A stretch of DNA of 64,000 nt, from assembly GCA_902802905.1 (NCBI GenBank), contig CADCNT010000011.1, positions 2,004 to 66,003 of the forward strand, read 5' to 3'. Numbering within the stretch: the first letter of the stretch is position 1; each line of letters begins with the position of its first letter. Below, one piece after another: positions 36,358-45,503 of the stretch. Under the pieces are notes generated by a model. It did not search any database, was not told the DNA's origin, and saw nothing but the letters and a program-made list of their open reading frames with translations. Origin of the DNA: an uncultured Erysipelotrichaceae bacterium (GTDB taxonomy: Bacteria > Bacillota_I > Bacilli_A > RFN20 > CAG-826). Made by a program: the position numbers and the translations under genes.

Positions 36358-37778
36358 CTTCTAGTGAACCTCTTCTCGATAAAATTCGTGATAGTTTGTT
36401 CTCTCAAGCATATTGAAGCAAGCAAATAAGAAAATGCTCCAATAACTACCTGAATTAACAAAACCAAATACGGATTAGAAACATAAAATTGATAAGGAAA
36501 TACACATACAAACATAACAATTGTAGAAGTAACTGATTTATATATATCTCCAAAAAATGACTTAAAATTATATTTTAAAACTACTTTGGAAGCAATTAGA
36601 GATGCAAAAAGAGAAATTAATTGAACAACTAGAGTTCCGTATAGCAAGAACATAATGCCGTAAAAAATGGTAAAAACCAAAACAACAATTAGCATGAGAA
36701 TGTTAGACAAAACCAAAGCTAAAAACAATCCACTTTTGCCAATTGAATTAAAAGCCTGATAAATAATGGATTTTATTGGATCTAAAAGGTATATAAAACA
36801 AAAAACTTGCAAAAATACGATTGAGTCAGCCCATTTTTCTGTTAGAACAACCAAGACTAGAGGTCTTGCGACTATTGCCAATCCAGTTAGGGCAGGAATA
36901 ATTATAAACGATAAAGTCCTGATGTTGTTGGATATCATACTTGATATTTGTTGTTTGTTTCCTTGCTGTTTTGAATAAATTGGCAACAGAGCAGTTTTTA
37001 CGGTTTCATTGCAAGCTTTAGTAGCCATGAGTGGGAATTGGCTGCCTTTACTATAAAACCCTAAAACATCCTCCGGAACTTTTTTTCCAATCACAAGCAC
37101 GCTAACTTCTTTATAGATGGTATCCAAAAAGTGAGCCAAAAAAACCTTCCAGCCAAATGAAAATAAGGCCGAAACATCCTTTAATCTTGAAGGCTTTCCA
37201 GGTTTCCATTTTACTAAAGCAAAAAATAATATCGATAACGAAACATTAAATAAAACTTGGTATATAATCAAAGACCAAATCCCCATACCAAATAATGCGC
37301 CAAGCACTCCAACAATACCACTCAACATAACCGCAACAAAGTTGCAAATGAAAGATATGAAAAAATTCATTTGTTTGGTAACAACCGCAGAACTTATTGA
37401 ATAAATGGCACCAAAAATAATCGTCAAAGACATTACCCTTATATAAACAGTTAAGTGTTCAAACGAATAAATTGATTCAATAGAAGGAGCAATAAAAAAA
37501 ACAACAAAATAAAAGAGAACTGAAATTGCTAAATTAATATAAAAAACAGTAGATATTTGTTGATTGTTCACTTCTTTTGATTGGATAATAGCTGTATTAA
37601 AGCCGGTCTGAACAAAAACCATAGCAATTGAAACAATAACCAATATTATTGCAATTATGCCAAATGCTTCGGGCATCAATAATCTAGCTAAAATTACTTG
37701 AACAATAAGTTGAAAAACTTGAGTAACTAATCTCTCAAGAAACTTCCATTTAATAGATGTCTTATTAATTTTTAGCAT
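36354..37778 (-). CDS. Wzx-type flippase (MOP superfamily)
   Basis: 474 aa, about 12-14 TM helices, typical polysaccharide-biosynthesis-protein N-terminus. Confidence 0.8.
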   Translation of the reverse strand: MLKINKTSIKWKFLERLVTQVFQLIVQVILARLLMPEAFGIIAIILVIVSIAMVFVQTGFNTAIIQSKEVNNQQISTVFYINLAISVLFYFVVFFIAPSIESIYSFEHLTVYIRVMSLTIIFGAIYSISSAVVTKQMNFFISFICNFVAVMLSGIVGVLGALFGMGIWSLIIYQVLFNVSLSILFFALVKWKPGKPSRLKDVSALFSFGWKVFLAHFLDTIYKEVSVLVIGKKVPEDVLGFYSKGSQFPLMATKACNETVKTALLPIYSKQQGNKQQISSMISNNIRTLSFIIIPALTGLAIVARPLVLVVLTEKWADSIVFLQVFCFIYLLDPIKSIIYQAFNSIGKSGLFLALVLSNILMLIVVLVFTIFYGIMFLLYGTLVVQLISLFASLIASKVVLKYNFKSFFGDIYKSVTSTIVMFVCVFPYQFYVSNPYLVLLIQVVIGAFSYLLASICLREQTITNFIEKRFTRR

Positions 37779-37780
37779 AA

Positions 37781-38860
37781 CTATTTTTTGTTTAAGATTA
37801 TTCGATATGCCTTATCAATATTTGGGCATACACTTTCTTCTCCGAACCTTTTCATAACAGTCGAAGCACCATTTAATCCCATAATAATTCCTTTATCTCT
37901 ATTTTCCATTAACCAATTAATACTATCAATTATTTGTTCCATGTTATAAGGATCAACTAAGATTCCAGTTTCTTTATTAACTATTTCCGGAATTCCTCCA
38001 ACATTAGAGGCAATAACAGGAAGTGATGCAGAACAAGCTTCGATAATTGAATTTCCTAAAGTCTCGTGCAAAGTCAAAGAAATATAAGCATCGCAGCACA
38101 CTAAATAGTCAAATACATTCCTTTGGTATCCGACAAATATAAAATGTTTTTCTAACTTGTTTTTTGCAACAATTTTTTCCATTTCTACTTTATAATCGCC
38201 ATCGCCAACAACAAGCAAATAGAAATCATTATTTTCTTTACAAATAGAACAGCAGGCATTTACCAAAACGTCATATCCCTTGTCTTTTATTATACGACCG
38301 GTAGAAACAAACAAATACCCGTTTTCAGGCACCCCATACATTTTCTTTATATCCAATAAGGACGAAGTACGATTGCTATAACTACACAAATTGTAAATAC
38401 AACCTAATGATTTGTTTTTATATTTCCTCAAAAATCGCCAATTTGATACATAAACACTATTTGAATAAAAAAAAGTGCAAAAATTTAGAGCTTTTTTTTC
38501 AAAATAGCATAAAACCATTTTTTTTATGAAAGAAATATTCAATGCATCTCTACTGCTTCCCCTGATCGTCATAAGAGATGGAATTCCTAATTTTTTACAT
38601 GCCTTCGAAACAAAATAACCCTCAAGTTGAAGCCCAGAAAAATGAACGAAATCTGGCTTCGAATTGATGATAGTGTTGCAAAAATTAGAAAACCCTTTTT
38701 TAGAAAGAAGAGTTCTGGCACGAGGAACAATAAGCGGAACAAAATTATATAATTTGCCTAACTTGCTTCTAATTATATTTCGGTGACTATTATTTGGACC
38801 ACCATTGTCGCCATTTTCTGTAAAAGTTATTAAAACAACAGGTTTAGTGCAATTGTTCAT
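37781..38860 (-). CDS. GT4-family glycosyltransferase
   Basis: HETLGNSIIEACSASLPVIASNVGG. Start taken at ATG 38860 (MNNCTKPVVLITF), 1 nt after the upstream stop. Confidence 0.8.
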   Translation of the reverse strand: MNNCTKPVVLITFTENGDNGGPNNSHRNIIRSKLGKLYNFVPLIVPRARTLLSKKGFSNFCNTIINSKPDFVHFSGLQLEGYFVSKACKKLGIPSLMTIRGSSRDALNISFIKKMVLCYFEKKALNFCTFFYSNSVYVSNWRFLRKYKNKSLGCIYNLCSYSNRTSSLLDIKKMYGVPENGYLFVSTGRIIKDKGYDVLVNACCSICKENNDFYLLVVGDGDYKVEMEKIVAKNKLEKHFIFVGYQRNVFDYLVCCDAYISLTLHETLGNSIIEACSASLPVIASNVGGIPEIVNKETGILVDPYNMEQIIDSINWLMENRDKGIIMGLNGASTVMKRFGEESVCPNIDKAYRIILNKK

Positions 38861-38861
38861 T

Positions 38862-40076
38862 TTATAGTCCCATCTTTTTATTAAATAGCAAAAATTCGTC
38901 AATATATTCATCAAAGGAAAAAGATTTGTAATCTTGGCAATTTAAAAGCAGAGTTTTGTAGACAAGTGGGTGATTCTTTACAATCAATTTAATTTTTTTG
39001 TCTAATTCATGTTTGTTGTTGCTCACAAAATACCCGTTAACACCATCAACTAAATATGAATCTAAATTGTGGGTATTAGAAGTAATTACAGGTGTGCCTG
39101 CTTGCATGCTTTCAGCAAATTTCGTTGGGAAACCGGCCTTATTTTTTCTTGTCGGTCTTCTAAGAAATATCGTGTAGTGGCTAGATCCAATTATTTTAAG
39201 CGCTTCAAAATGGTTAATCTTCCCTAAAAAATTAATAAAAGAATATTCTTTATTATGAAAAATATCGATACCAAAATTTTTAAGAAAATCGTTTTCTGAA
39301 CAACCGGCAAGATTTAACAGAACATTCTTAGACTCTAAACTTATTTTTCTAAGGCATTCGACAATCCAGTCTAATCTATCTTTTCTTTTTGTTGAAAAAC
39401 CAATGTACGAGAAAACAATTTTCTCTTGTGGATTAAATGAAGCAAGATATTTATTTTCAAAAATCTCTCTAGAATCTACCAAAACGGGAACGCGAATCAA
39501 ATTGCGACATTTTCCAGAATAATAATTATACAAATAATCACTGATAGCAATAATTCCATCAGCTTCTTTGTTTATAAATCTCATTCTATAAAATGTATCT
39601 AAACCTTTTGCAATTTTCTTAAACACACTCCCTTCGGAATTCGTCCACTCAGTGATATCCGAAATAACTTTAATGTTTTTATTTTTGCAATACTTAATTA
39701 ATTTTTTTAATTGGATAGATGGATAATCATAGCAAAAAATTGCCACAATTCTATCTTCAATGCTGTTTAAAATTTGTAATTGGTTTTTTATGCTTGTTTC
39801 ATACTTAATCCACTCTTTCAAAGTTTTAGGATAAGGTAATGATTTATAAAATTGTTTGCTTGAGAGCGAAATAAACTGTGATTCATCAGCATCTTTTTTA
39901 GTTGTACCGACATAATAAATGTTATAACCTAGTTCTTCATAAATGTTGCCAATGTTTTTAACTCTATTTGCGGCCGCATTTAAATTAGGCATTTCAAAAC
40001 CGCCAAAGTAAACAATTGCTTTGTTATTAGTAGATGCTATTTTTTTTGTTGTATCCGTAGATTTTTTTAAGCTCAT
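38862..40076 (-). CDS. GT4-family glycosyltransferase
   Basis: KAGFPTKFAESMQAGTPVITSNTHN. ATG 40076 overlaps the upstream gene by 50 nt. Confidence 0.75.
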   Translation of the reverse strand: MSLKKSTDTTKKIASTNNKAIVYFGGFEMPNLNAAANRVKNIGNIYEELGYNIYYVGTTKKDADESQFISLSSKQFYKSLPYPKTLKEWIKYETSIKNQLQILNSIEDRIVAIFCYDYPSIQLKKLIKYCKNKNIKVISDITEWTNSEGSVFKKIAKGLDTFYRMRFINKEADGIIAISDYLYNYYSGKCRNLIRVPVLVDSREIFENKYLASFNPQEKIVFSYIGFSTKRKDRLDWIVECLRKISLESKNVLLNLAGCSENDFLKNFGIDIFHNKEYSFINFLGKINHFEALKIIGSSHYTIFLRRPTRKNKAGFPTKFAESMQAGTPVITSNTHNLDSYLVDGVNGYFVSNNKHELDKKIKLIVKNHPLVYKTLLLNCQDYKSFSFDEYIDEFLLFNKKMGL

Positions 40077-40557
40077 CGTCTTTCTTTTTTCCTTTTAAGT
40101 TGCCTACGTGAAGTGATTCATTGCTAATTTTATTAAAATACTCATCAATGGTCTTAATTTTGGATGCCGGAACCCCAGCGGCAACACAGTTTGAAGGGAT
40201 ACTTTTGCTAACAACAGATCCAGCCCCAATGATACAATTGTCCCCAATTGATATTCCAGGCAAAAGAATAACGTTGTTGCCAATATAAACATTGTTCCCT
40301 ATTTTAATAGGCTTTGTTATTTCTAAGTCAGGTACAGAAGACCTAAATAATAACGTTCCTCCGTCATGGGTGAGAAATTTTATTCCATCAGTGAGGTAAA
40401 CATTATTTCCTATTGTTATAATCCAAGGTTCGGTTCCCCATTCAATTTTTCCGTATATATTAAAATTAACACCAAAATTAACACCAACTTTTTTTGCAAA
40501 TTTTATGGGCGAAACTTTTTTCATACAAATTCTGTAAATCTTTTTAAATATGTTCAT
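40027..40557 (-). CDS. Hexapeptide-repeat O-acetyltransferase (WcaF/CapG-like)
   Basis: IGNNVYIGNNVILLPGISIGDNCIIGAGSVV. ATG 40557 preceded by GAAGGA. Confidence 0.7.
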   Translation of the reverse strand: MNIFKKIYRICMKKVSPIKFAKKVGVNFGVNFNIYGKIEWGTEPWIITIGNNVYLTDGIKFLTHDGGTLLFRSSVPDLEITKPIKIGNNVYIGNNVILLPGISIGDNCIIGAGSVVSKSIPSNCVAAGVPASKIKTIDEYFNKISNESLHVGNLKGKKKDDELKKIYGYNKKNSIY

Positions 40558-41173
40558 AATTTTTTCCTTCAACTTCGTCTTTACCTCTAAGAGCCTGAAA
40601 AAAAGTTTTAAAAACAATTCTAATATCAAACCAGATATTGAATTTTTTGATGTATTCACCATCTAGTTTTGCCTTTCCTGGAATTGGTAAAGTGTCTCTA
40701 CCATTGCATTGTGCCCAGCCAGATAATCCAGGTCTAATGTCATTGGCGTGATATTTATCTCTTTCTGCAATTAAATCGTCTTGATTCCACAAAGCAGGAC
40801 GTGGACCAACAACAGACATTTGACCAACAAAAATGTTAAATGCTTGAGGAATCTCATCTAAAGATGTTTTTCTCAAAAATTTACCAATGTTAGTGATATA
40901 TCTTTCTGGATTATTCAACATATGGGTTGGTACATCCTTTGGCGTGTCTATCCTCATAGTTCTAAATTTTAAAATATTGAATGTTTTTTTATTTTTCCCA
41001 ATTCTTTTTTGTTTAAAGAACACAGGACCTTTCGATGAACATTTAACAATAATAGCGATAATGATGAACAAAAGCGAGAATACTGTAATTGCTAAAAATG
41101 AACAAAAAATATCAAGCAGGCGCTTGAACGGAAGATATATTTTTTGTCTTGTTGAAAACACACCACTAGCCAT
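40544..41173 (-). CDS. Small monotopic phosphoglycosyl transferase (PglC/WbaP C-terminal-type initiating enzyme)
   Basis: FKRLLDI..., ILKFRTM, SLDEIPQ, GQMSVVGPRP. ATG 41173 preceded by AAAGGAAA. Confidence 0.85.
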   Translation of the reverse strand: MASGVFSTRQKIYLPFKRLLDIFCSFLAITVFSLLFIIIAIIVKCSSKGPVFFKQKRIGKNKKTFNILKFRTMRIDTPKDVPTHMLNNPERYITNIGKFLRKTSLDEIPQAFNIFVGQMSVVGPRPALWNQDDLIAERDKYHANDIRPGLSGWAQCNGRDTLPIPGKAKLDGEYIKKFNIWFDIRIVFKTFFQALRGKDEVEGKNYEHI

Positions 41174-41177
41174 CACT

Positions 41178-43118
41178 TTATTTCCTTTTTGGTTTGCCTT
41201 TTAGAGACTTATCATTTCTTTCGTCGTGATGATATGTTTTGATGATTTGTTCTAGTAATGTTTTCACATCATTTGTGTCTTCCATAGAGAAAGCCACGCT
41301 GACAGCCTTTAAGTCATCCATTACTGAGATATTTGCCTTTTCTCTTGGTTCAATATAAATCTTCTTGTTTTCAGTTTTAATTTGATGGTCTTTATCTAGG
41401 AGAAGTTCTTCAAAAAGTTTTTCTCCTGGTCTGAGACCAGTTTCAATGATTTTAATATCTTTCCCTGGCACTAAGCCTGCTTGTCTAATAAGCTTTTCAG
41501 CGAGATGAATAATCTTTACTGGTTTGCCCATATCAAGGATAAATATTTCTCCACCTTGAGCGAATAATCCACATTGTAAAATTAAGGATACTGCTTCAGG
41601 TATAGTCATGAAATATCTGATGATTTCTTTATCAGTAATTGTAACTGGTCCACCGGCTTCAATTTGCTTTTTGAAGAGCGGCACTACAGATCCGTTACTT
41701 CCTAAGACATTACCAAATCTAACAGCAGCGTACGCGGTCTTTTTAGAAGCATCTGCGAAATGTTGAATAATCATTTCCGCAAATCGCTTGGTAGCGCCCA
41801 TAACGTTAGTAGGTCTAACAGCCTTATCTGTAGACACTAAAACCATTTTCTTTGCTTGATATTTATCTGCCATACTTGCAACATTATATGTACCAATCAC
41901 ATTAGTGCGGATAGCCTCAGCAGGGCTATCTTCCATTAATGGAACATGTTTATACGCCGCCGCGTGATAAACATAGTCTGGTCGATATTCTTTGAACAAT
42001 TGTTCCACTCTAAAGTCGTTATAAGTAGAACCAATGAGAGTAATGAGTTCGATATCATTGATCTCTTCTTCTCTCATCTTTCTTTTTAATTCTTGTTGGA
42101 TATCGTAGACACCATTTTCGTAGATATCAAAAAGAATTAATTTCTTTGGATGGGTATTAAATATTTGTCTAGTGAGTTCACTACCAATAGATCCACCAGC
42201 ACCAGTAACTAATACTGATTTACCACCTAACATATTAGAGACTTCAGAGTTATCTAGAATAACTGGATCTCTACATAATAAATCATTTAAGTCGACATCA
42301 ATGATTCTAACATCATTAGGTCCTTGCATTTCTGATAACATTGGTAAACGTCTTACTCTAACAGGGCAAGATTCCACTATTCCTAAAATGTCATGTAATC
42401 TTTCTGGAGTCAAATCACTAATTGCGATAATAACTTCATCGATATCGTAATACTCAATAACAGTTGCAATCTTGCTTACCGGTCCTTTAACTGGTAAACC
42501 CGCAAAAGTACCACCTATCTTATTAACATCATCATCTACGAATGCAATGATCTTGTTATTGTTATCTTTATTTCTTCTGGATTCATCTACCACTACTTTA
42601 CCAGCTGCGCCAGCACCGATAACTAAAGTACGAATATGGTTTTTCTTTTTGGATAATTGCAAAAGCAAATTAAATCCTCTAACGCATAGTCTTAAGCTTG
42701 GTAAAGCAAAGCATAATGCAAGAGAGGCTAATAACCACACCCAAAAGAATTCTGCTCCATCTGGTAAATACTTAACAAATGTAATAACAAAGATACCAAT
42801 AATATTAACTACTGCAGAATGTCCTAAAATAAATACGGATTCAAATAAACCCATATCTTTTGGCAAGATACGATAAACACCTGAAAAATAAAATACAGAT
42901 ATTGTGACAAATGACAACGAAGCACAGTAAATAAGTATTGGATTAACATGAGCCCAAACTTCATGAAAACCGTAATAACCAATAAAGGATGCAAAGGTAA
43001 AACCAAAAGTAATTAAAAGGTCGCCTAAAAGGAATAATAGGTGAGTCATTTTTGGCATGAATTTTAGTTTTTTAATTCCCATGGTTTGATTAATTACGCT
43101 TATATAAGCGTTCAACAT
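41178..43118 (-). CDS. Membrane-bound nucleotide-sugar 4,6-dehydratase (CapD/PglF-like)
   Basis: N-terminal TM helices, VLVTGAGGSIGSEL, YKHVPLME. True start may be ATG 43082 because a strong promoter -10 abuts ATG 43118. Confidence 0.85.
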   Translation of the reverse strand: MLNAYISVINQTMGIKKLKFMPKMTHLLFLLGDLLITFGFTFASFIGYYGFHEVWAHVNPILIYCASLSFVTISVFYFSGVYRILPKDMGLFESVFILGHSAVVNIIGIFVITFVKYLPDGAEFFWVWLLASLALCFALPSLRLCVRGFNLLLQLSKKKNHIRTLVIGAGAAGKVVVDESRRNKDNNNKIIAFVDDDVNKIGGTFAGLPVKGPVSKIATVIEYYDIDEVIIAISDLTPERLHDILGIVESCPVRVRRLPMLSEMQGPNDVRIIDVDLNDLLCRDPVILDNSEVSNMLGGKSVLVTGAGGSIGSELTRQIFNTHPKKLILFDIYENGVYDIQQELKRKMREEEINDIELITLIGSTYNDFRVEQLFKEYRPDYVYHAAAYKHVPLMEDSPAEAIRTNVIGTYNVASMADKYQAKKMVLVSTDKAVRPTNVMGATKRFAEMIIQHFADASKKTAYAAVRFGNVLGSNGSVVPLFKKQIEAGGPVTITDKEIIRYFMTIPEAVSLILQCGLFAQGGEIFILDMGKPVKIIHLAEKLIRQAGLVPGKDIKIIETGLRPGEKLFEELLLDKDHQIKTENKKIYIEPREKANISVMDDLKAVSVAFSMEDTNDVKTLLEQIIKTYHHDERNDKSLKGKPKRK

Positions 43119-43147
43119 ATTGTATTTATATTATTTGACAATGTCAA
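43119..43147 (-). promoter_or_regulatory. Near-consensus internal promoter upstream of the capD-like gene
   Basis: TTGACA (43147-43142), 17-nt spacer, TACAAT (43124-43119). Confidence 0.65.
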
Positions 43148-43249
43148 ACTTGTTTGGCTTATGCAGTTAGATACTATCTTATTTAAATCACCACAAAAAT
43201 ACAAAAAGAGTGGACCTCCTTATATGTTTTTGCTATTTTTCCCTTTTTC

Positions 43250-43263
43250 AAAAAAAAAAAAAA
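43250..43263. repeat. Homopolymer A14 (T14 on the coding strand)
   Basis: Counted at 43250-43263, in the spacer between the VanZ-like and capD-like genes. Confidence 0.95.
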
Positions 43264-43303
43264 CGAAACACCTAAAAATAAGAAAAAGGCAATAACTCAA
43301 TAG

Positions 43304-45106
43304 CTACTGCTCTTCATAATCTACTTTCTTGTTTCTAATAACTAAATATTTTATCAGCCAAATGATAAGGATAATTGCAAGGGTAATAAGTGTTCCAGCC
43401 CCGTATCCTAAGAAGTCCACCAAGACGTCAGAGAAAACTCCACTTCTACCAGGAATAAAATATTGAATAAGTTCCGATAGACCTGCGATAAAGAAGCCAG
43501 TGAAAAGCGATAATAAGATTACTAACCAGAGTTTCTTCTTATCATCTAGATAAGTATAAAAGAAGATAAATCCAAATATAGAAGTTAAAGCAAACAATAA
43601 GAAATGACCTAATCCTTTTCTAATTAGTTTATGGAAACTATCTTTATTAGATGGATTAATCTTTTCTATCTCTTTGAATTCTAAATTGAATTCATATGTT
43701 AAAGAGTTATTCGCAACACTTTTAACAGTGACTTTCACTGTACCTACTGATTTACCAGTTAACACTACTGAGGAGTTATCATTATTTTTAATATCTACTA
43801 TAGAAGGATTAGATACTTCAATATGTAATCTTCTATCACTTACATTTTTAGGATTAAATGATGCAGTTATAATCTTAGTTTCATTAACATAGATAGATTC
43901 AGATTCATTAACATTAACAGTCATAGATGTTGGGAGAGCTTCTCCAACATTTAATGTCATAGTTTTAGTTAATGAACTATCACCATTAGATATCACTGTT
44001 AAAGTGACATCACCTTTTTTCCTATACCCGCATACGCGCACGCATTCCTTATTATAATCATCTTTATATATAGGATAGCCATCACTATCATAATGATGAG
44101 GGGCTAGTTTTACTTTTAAAGGATCATCTACTATATATGATAATGATTTATCTTCTAAAGTATTATTTAAGAAGTCTCCATATATAAGTACACTATAATC
44201 ATTAGGGTCATCTTCATTATCAAATACATAATCATAATCTAATAAAGATGGATAACTACTACTATCTAAAGTAGATAACACTAATTCGTTATCAACTGGT
44301 TTACTAGCGACTTCATCACTAACAGTGATATCAAAGTGTTTATTGCCGTACACTATTTCTACGGTACCTTGTGAGATACCATGTAACACTCCATATTCAT
44401 CAAAGTCCGCGACTAAAGGATTAGATGATACTTTAAGTAATCTAGATTCATCAAAGTATCTTCTTAAATATGTATCAGACTTATCATTACCTATTAACTT
44501 AGTTTGTACTTTTAAAGATTCCCCAATCTTAATAGTGGTTTTATCCACTCTACATTCATATTCGCTAGGTGCTGGTAGATCGACAATATTGAACTTAAAG
44601 TTATAAGTTAATTTATCAGCGATATTAATATCTATTTGATATAGCTCATTACTAATCTCATTAGCGGTCACTCTTAAATATATATTTAATATGTTATTAG
44701 ATGTTGATGATGATAAGTTAACTGTATAGTCATCAACATCTCCTTTAACTCCTTCATAGTTAAATGAATAGTTATAGACATCATTACTAGATTTATTTGG
44801 ATATTCTACTTGTAAAGATAATAAGGTAGTTGTACCTATCGCGATATTAGAATTACCATATTCATCTTTTCCTAAATATGATGTATCAGTTATAGAAGTG
44901 ATTTCACTAGGATTAATAGTTTTAGGTGCAGTAGTTGGCGAAAAGATATTTACTATCCAAGCGATAATATCAGACATAAAGTGAGATCTCGCTCCACTTT
45001 TATCTCCTGGAAGAGCGGACTCCACTAAAATAAGTGAGGATAGTAATAGATATATCCCCATAGATATATAGACAATTGGTTTACGTTTCTTTAGCGATAG
45101 ATTCAT
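43304..45106 (-). CDS. VanZ-family membrane protein fused to an extracellular Ig-like (Big_2-type) region
   Basis: N-terminal TM, about 450 aa of extracellular region (...GTVEIVYGNKHFDITV, ...GTVKVTVKSVANN...), C-terminal VanZ core HFLLFALTSIFGF...SELIQYFIPGRSGVFSDVLVDFLGYGAG. Confidence 0.7.
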   Translation of the reverse strand: MNLSLKKRKPIVYISMGIYLLLSSLILVESALPGDKSGARSHFMSDIIAWIVNIFSPTTAPKTINPSEITSITDTSYLGKDEYGNSNIAIGTTTLLSLQVEYPNKSSNDVYNYSFNYEGVKGDVDDYTVNLSSSTSNNILNIYLRVTANEISNELYQIDINIADKLTYNFKFNIVDLPAPSEYECRVDKTTIKIGESLKVQTKLIGNDKSDTYLRRYFDESRLLKVSSNPLVADFDEYGVLHGISQGTVEIVYGNKHFDITVSDEVASKPVDNELVLSTLDSSSYPSLLDYDYVFDNEDDPNDYSVLIYGDFLNNTLEDKSLSYIVDDPLKVKLAPHHYDSDGYPIYKDDYNKECVRVCGYRKKGDVTLTVISNGDSSLTKTMTLNVGEALPTSMTVNVNESESIYVNETKIITASFNPKNVSDRRLHIEVSNPSIVDIKNNDNSSVVLTGKSVGTVKVTVKSVANNSLTYEFNLEFKEIEKINPSNKDSFHKLIRKGLGHFLLFALTSIFGFIFFYTYLDDKKKLWLVILLSLFTGFFIAGLSELIQYFIPGRSGVFSDVLVDFLGYGAGTLITLAIILIIWLIKYLVIRNKKVDYEEQ

Positions 45107-45249
45107 ATATTTATATATAGATTATATTTTATATCACAAAAAGATAATATCTATATTCAGTACATATGAAATATTATTCCAAACAGAAAAGAATATCATC
45201 GGTTTAAGTTATCATCCGTATTTTATTATTATTTACGGATTTTTACTAA

Positions 45250-45277
45250 ACTATATCTATATATTCTTTTGCGTCAA
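45250..45277 (-). promoter_or_regulatory. Candidate promoter of the polysaccharide operon
   Basis: TTGACG (45277-45272), 16-nt spacer, TATAGT (45255-45250). About 140-nt leader containing the ATCCGTA/TACGGAT hairpin (45214-45240). Confidence 0.4.
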
Positions 45278-45319
45278 TAATTGCACCTTTTTGCAAAAAG
45301 GAGAGTCTATATTTTTCGG

Positions 45320-45359
45320 TTCATTCCGTATGATTTTTACATTTCATTCCGTATGATTT
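45320..45359. repeat. Two identical 17-nt direct repeats TTCATTCCGTATGATTT (23-bp period)
   Basis: Copies at 45320-45336 and 45343-45359. Adjacent 16-nt perfect palindrome CCTTTTTGCAAAAAGG at 45286-45301. Confidence 0.85.
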
Positions 45360-45503
45360 ATAAATCTCTGCATTAGCATTCAAATTGTTTTGTTGTAACA
45401 TTTCTACCGTTTCTTATCTCAGAAATGATTTTCTGCCTTAAATTATTTATTTATCCCAACTTTATTCCCAGCTTCGTTAATCTAATTAAAGCATCTTTAA
45501 GGA

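Noticed and set aside
43150-43224. 31-codon ORF after an AAGGAGG in the spacer upstream of the capD-like promoter
   Set aside because: TTG start, no conservation evidence, and it runs through the promoter palindrome. Too speculative to call.
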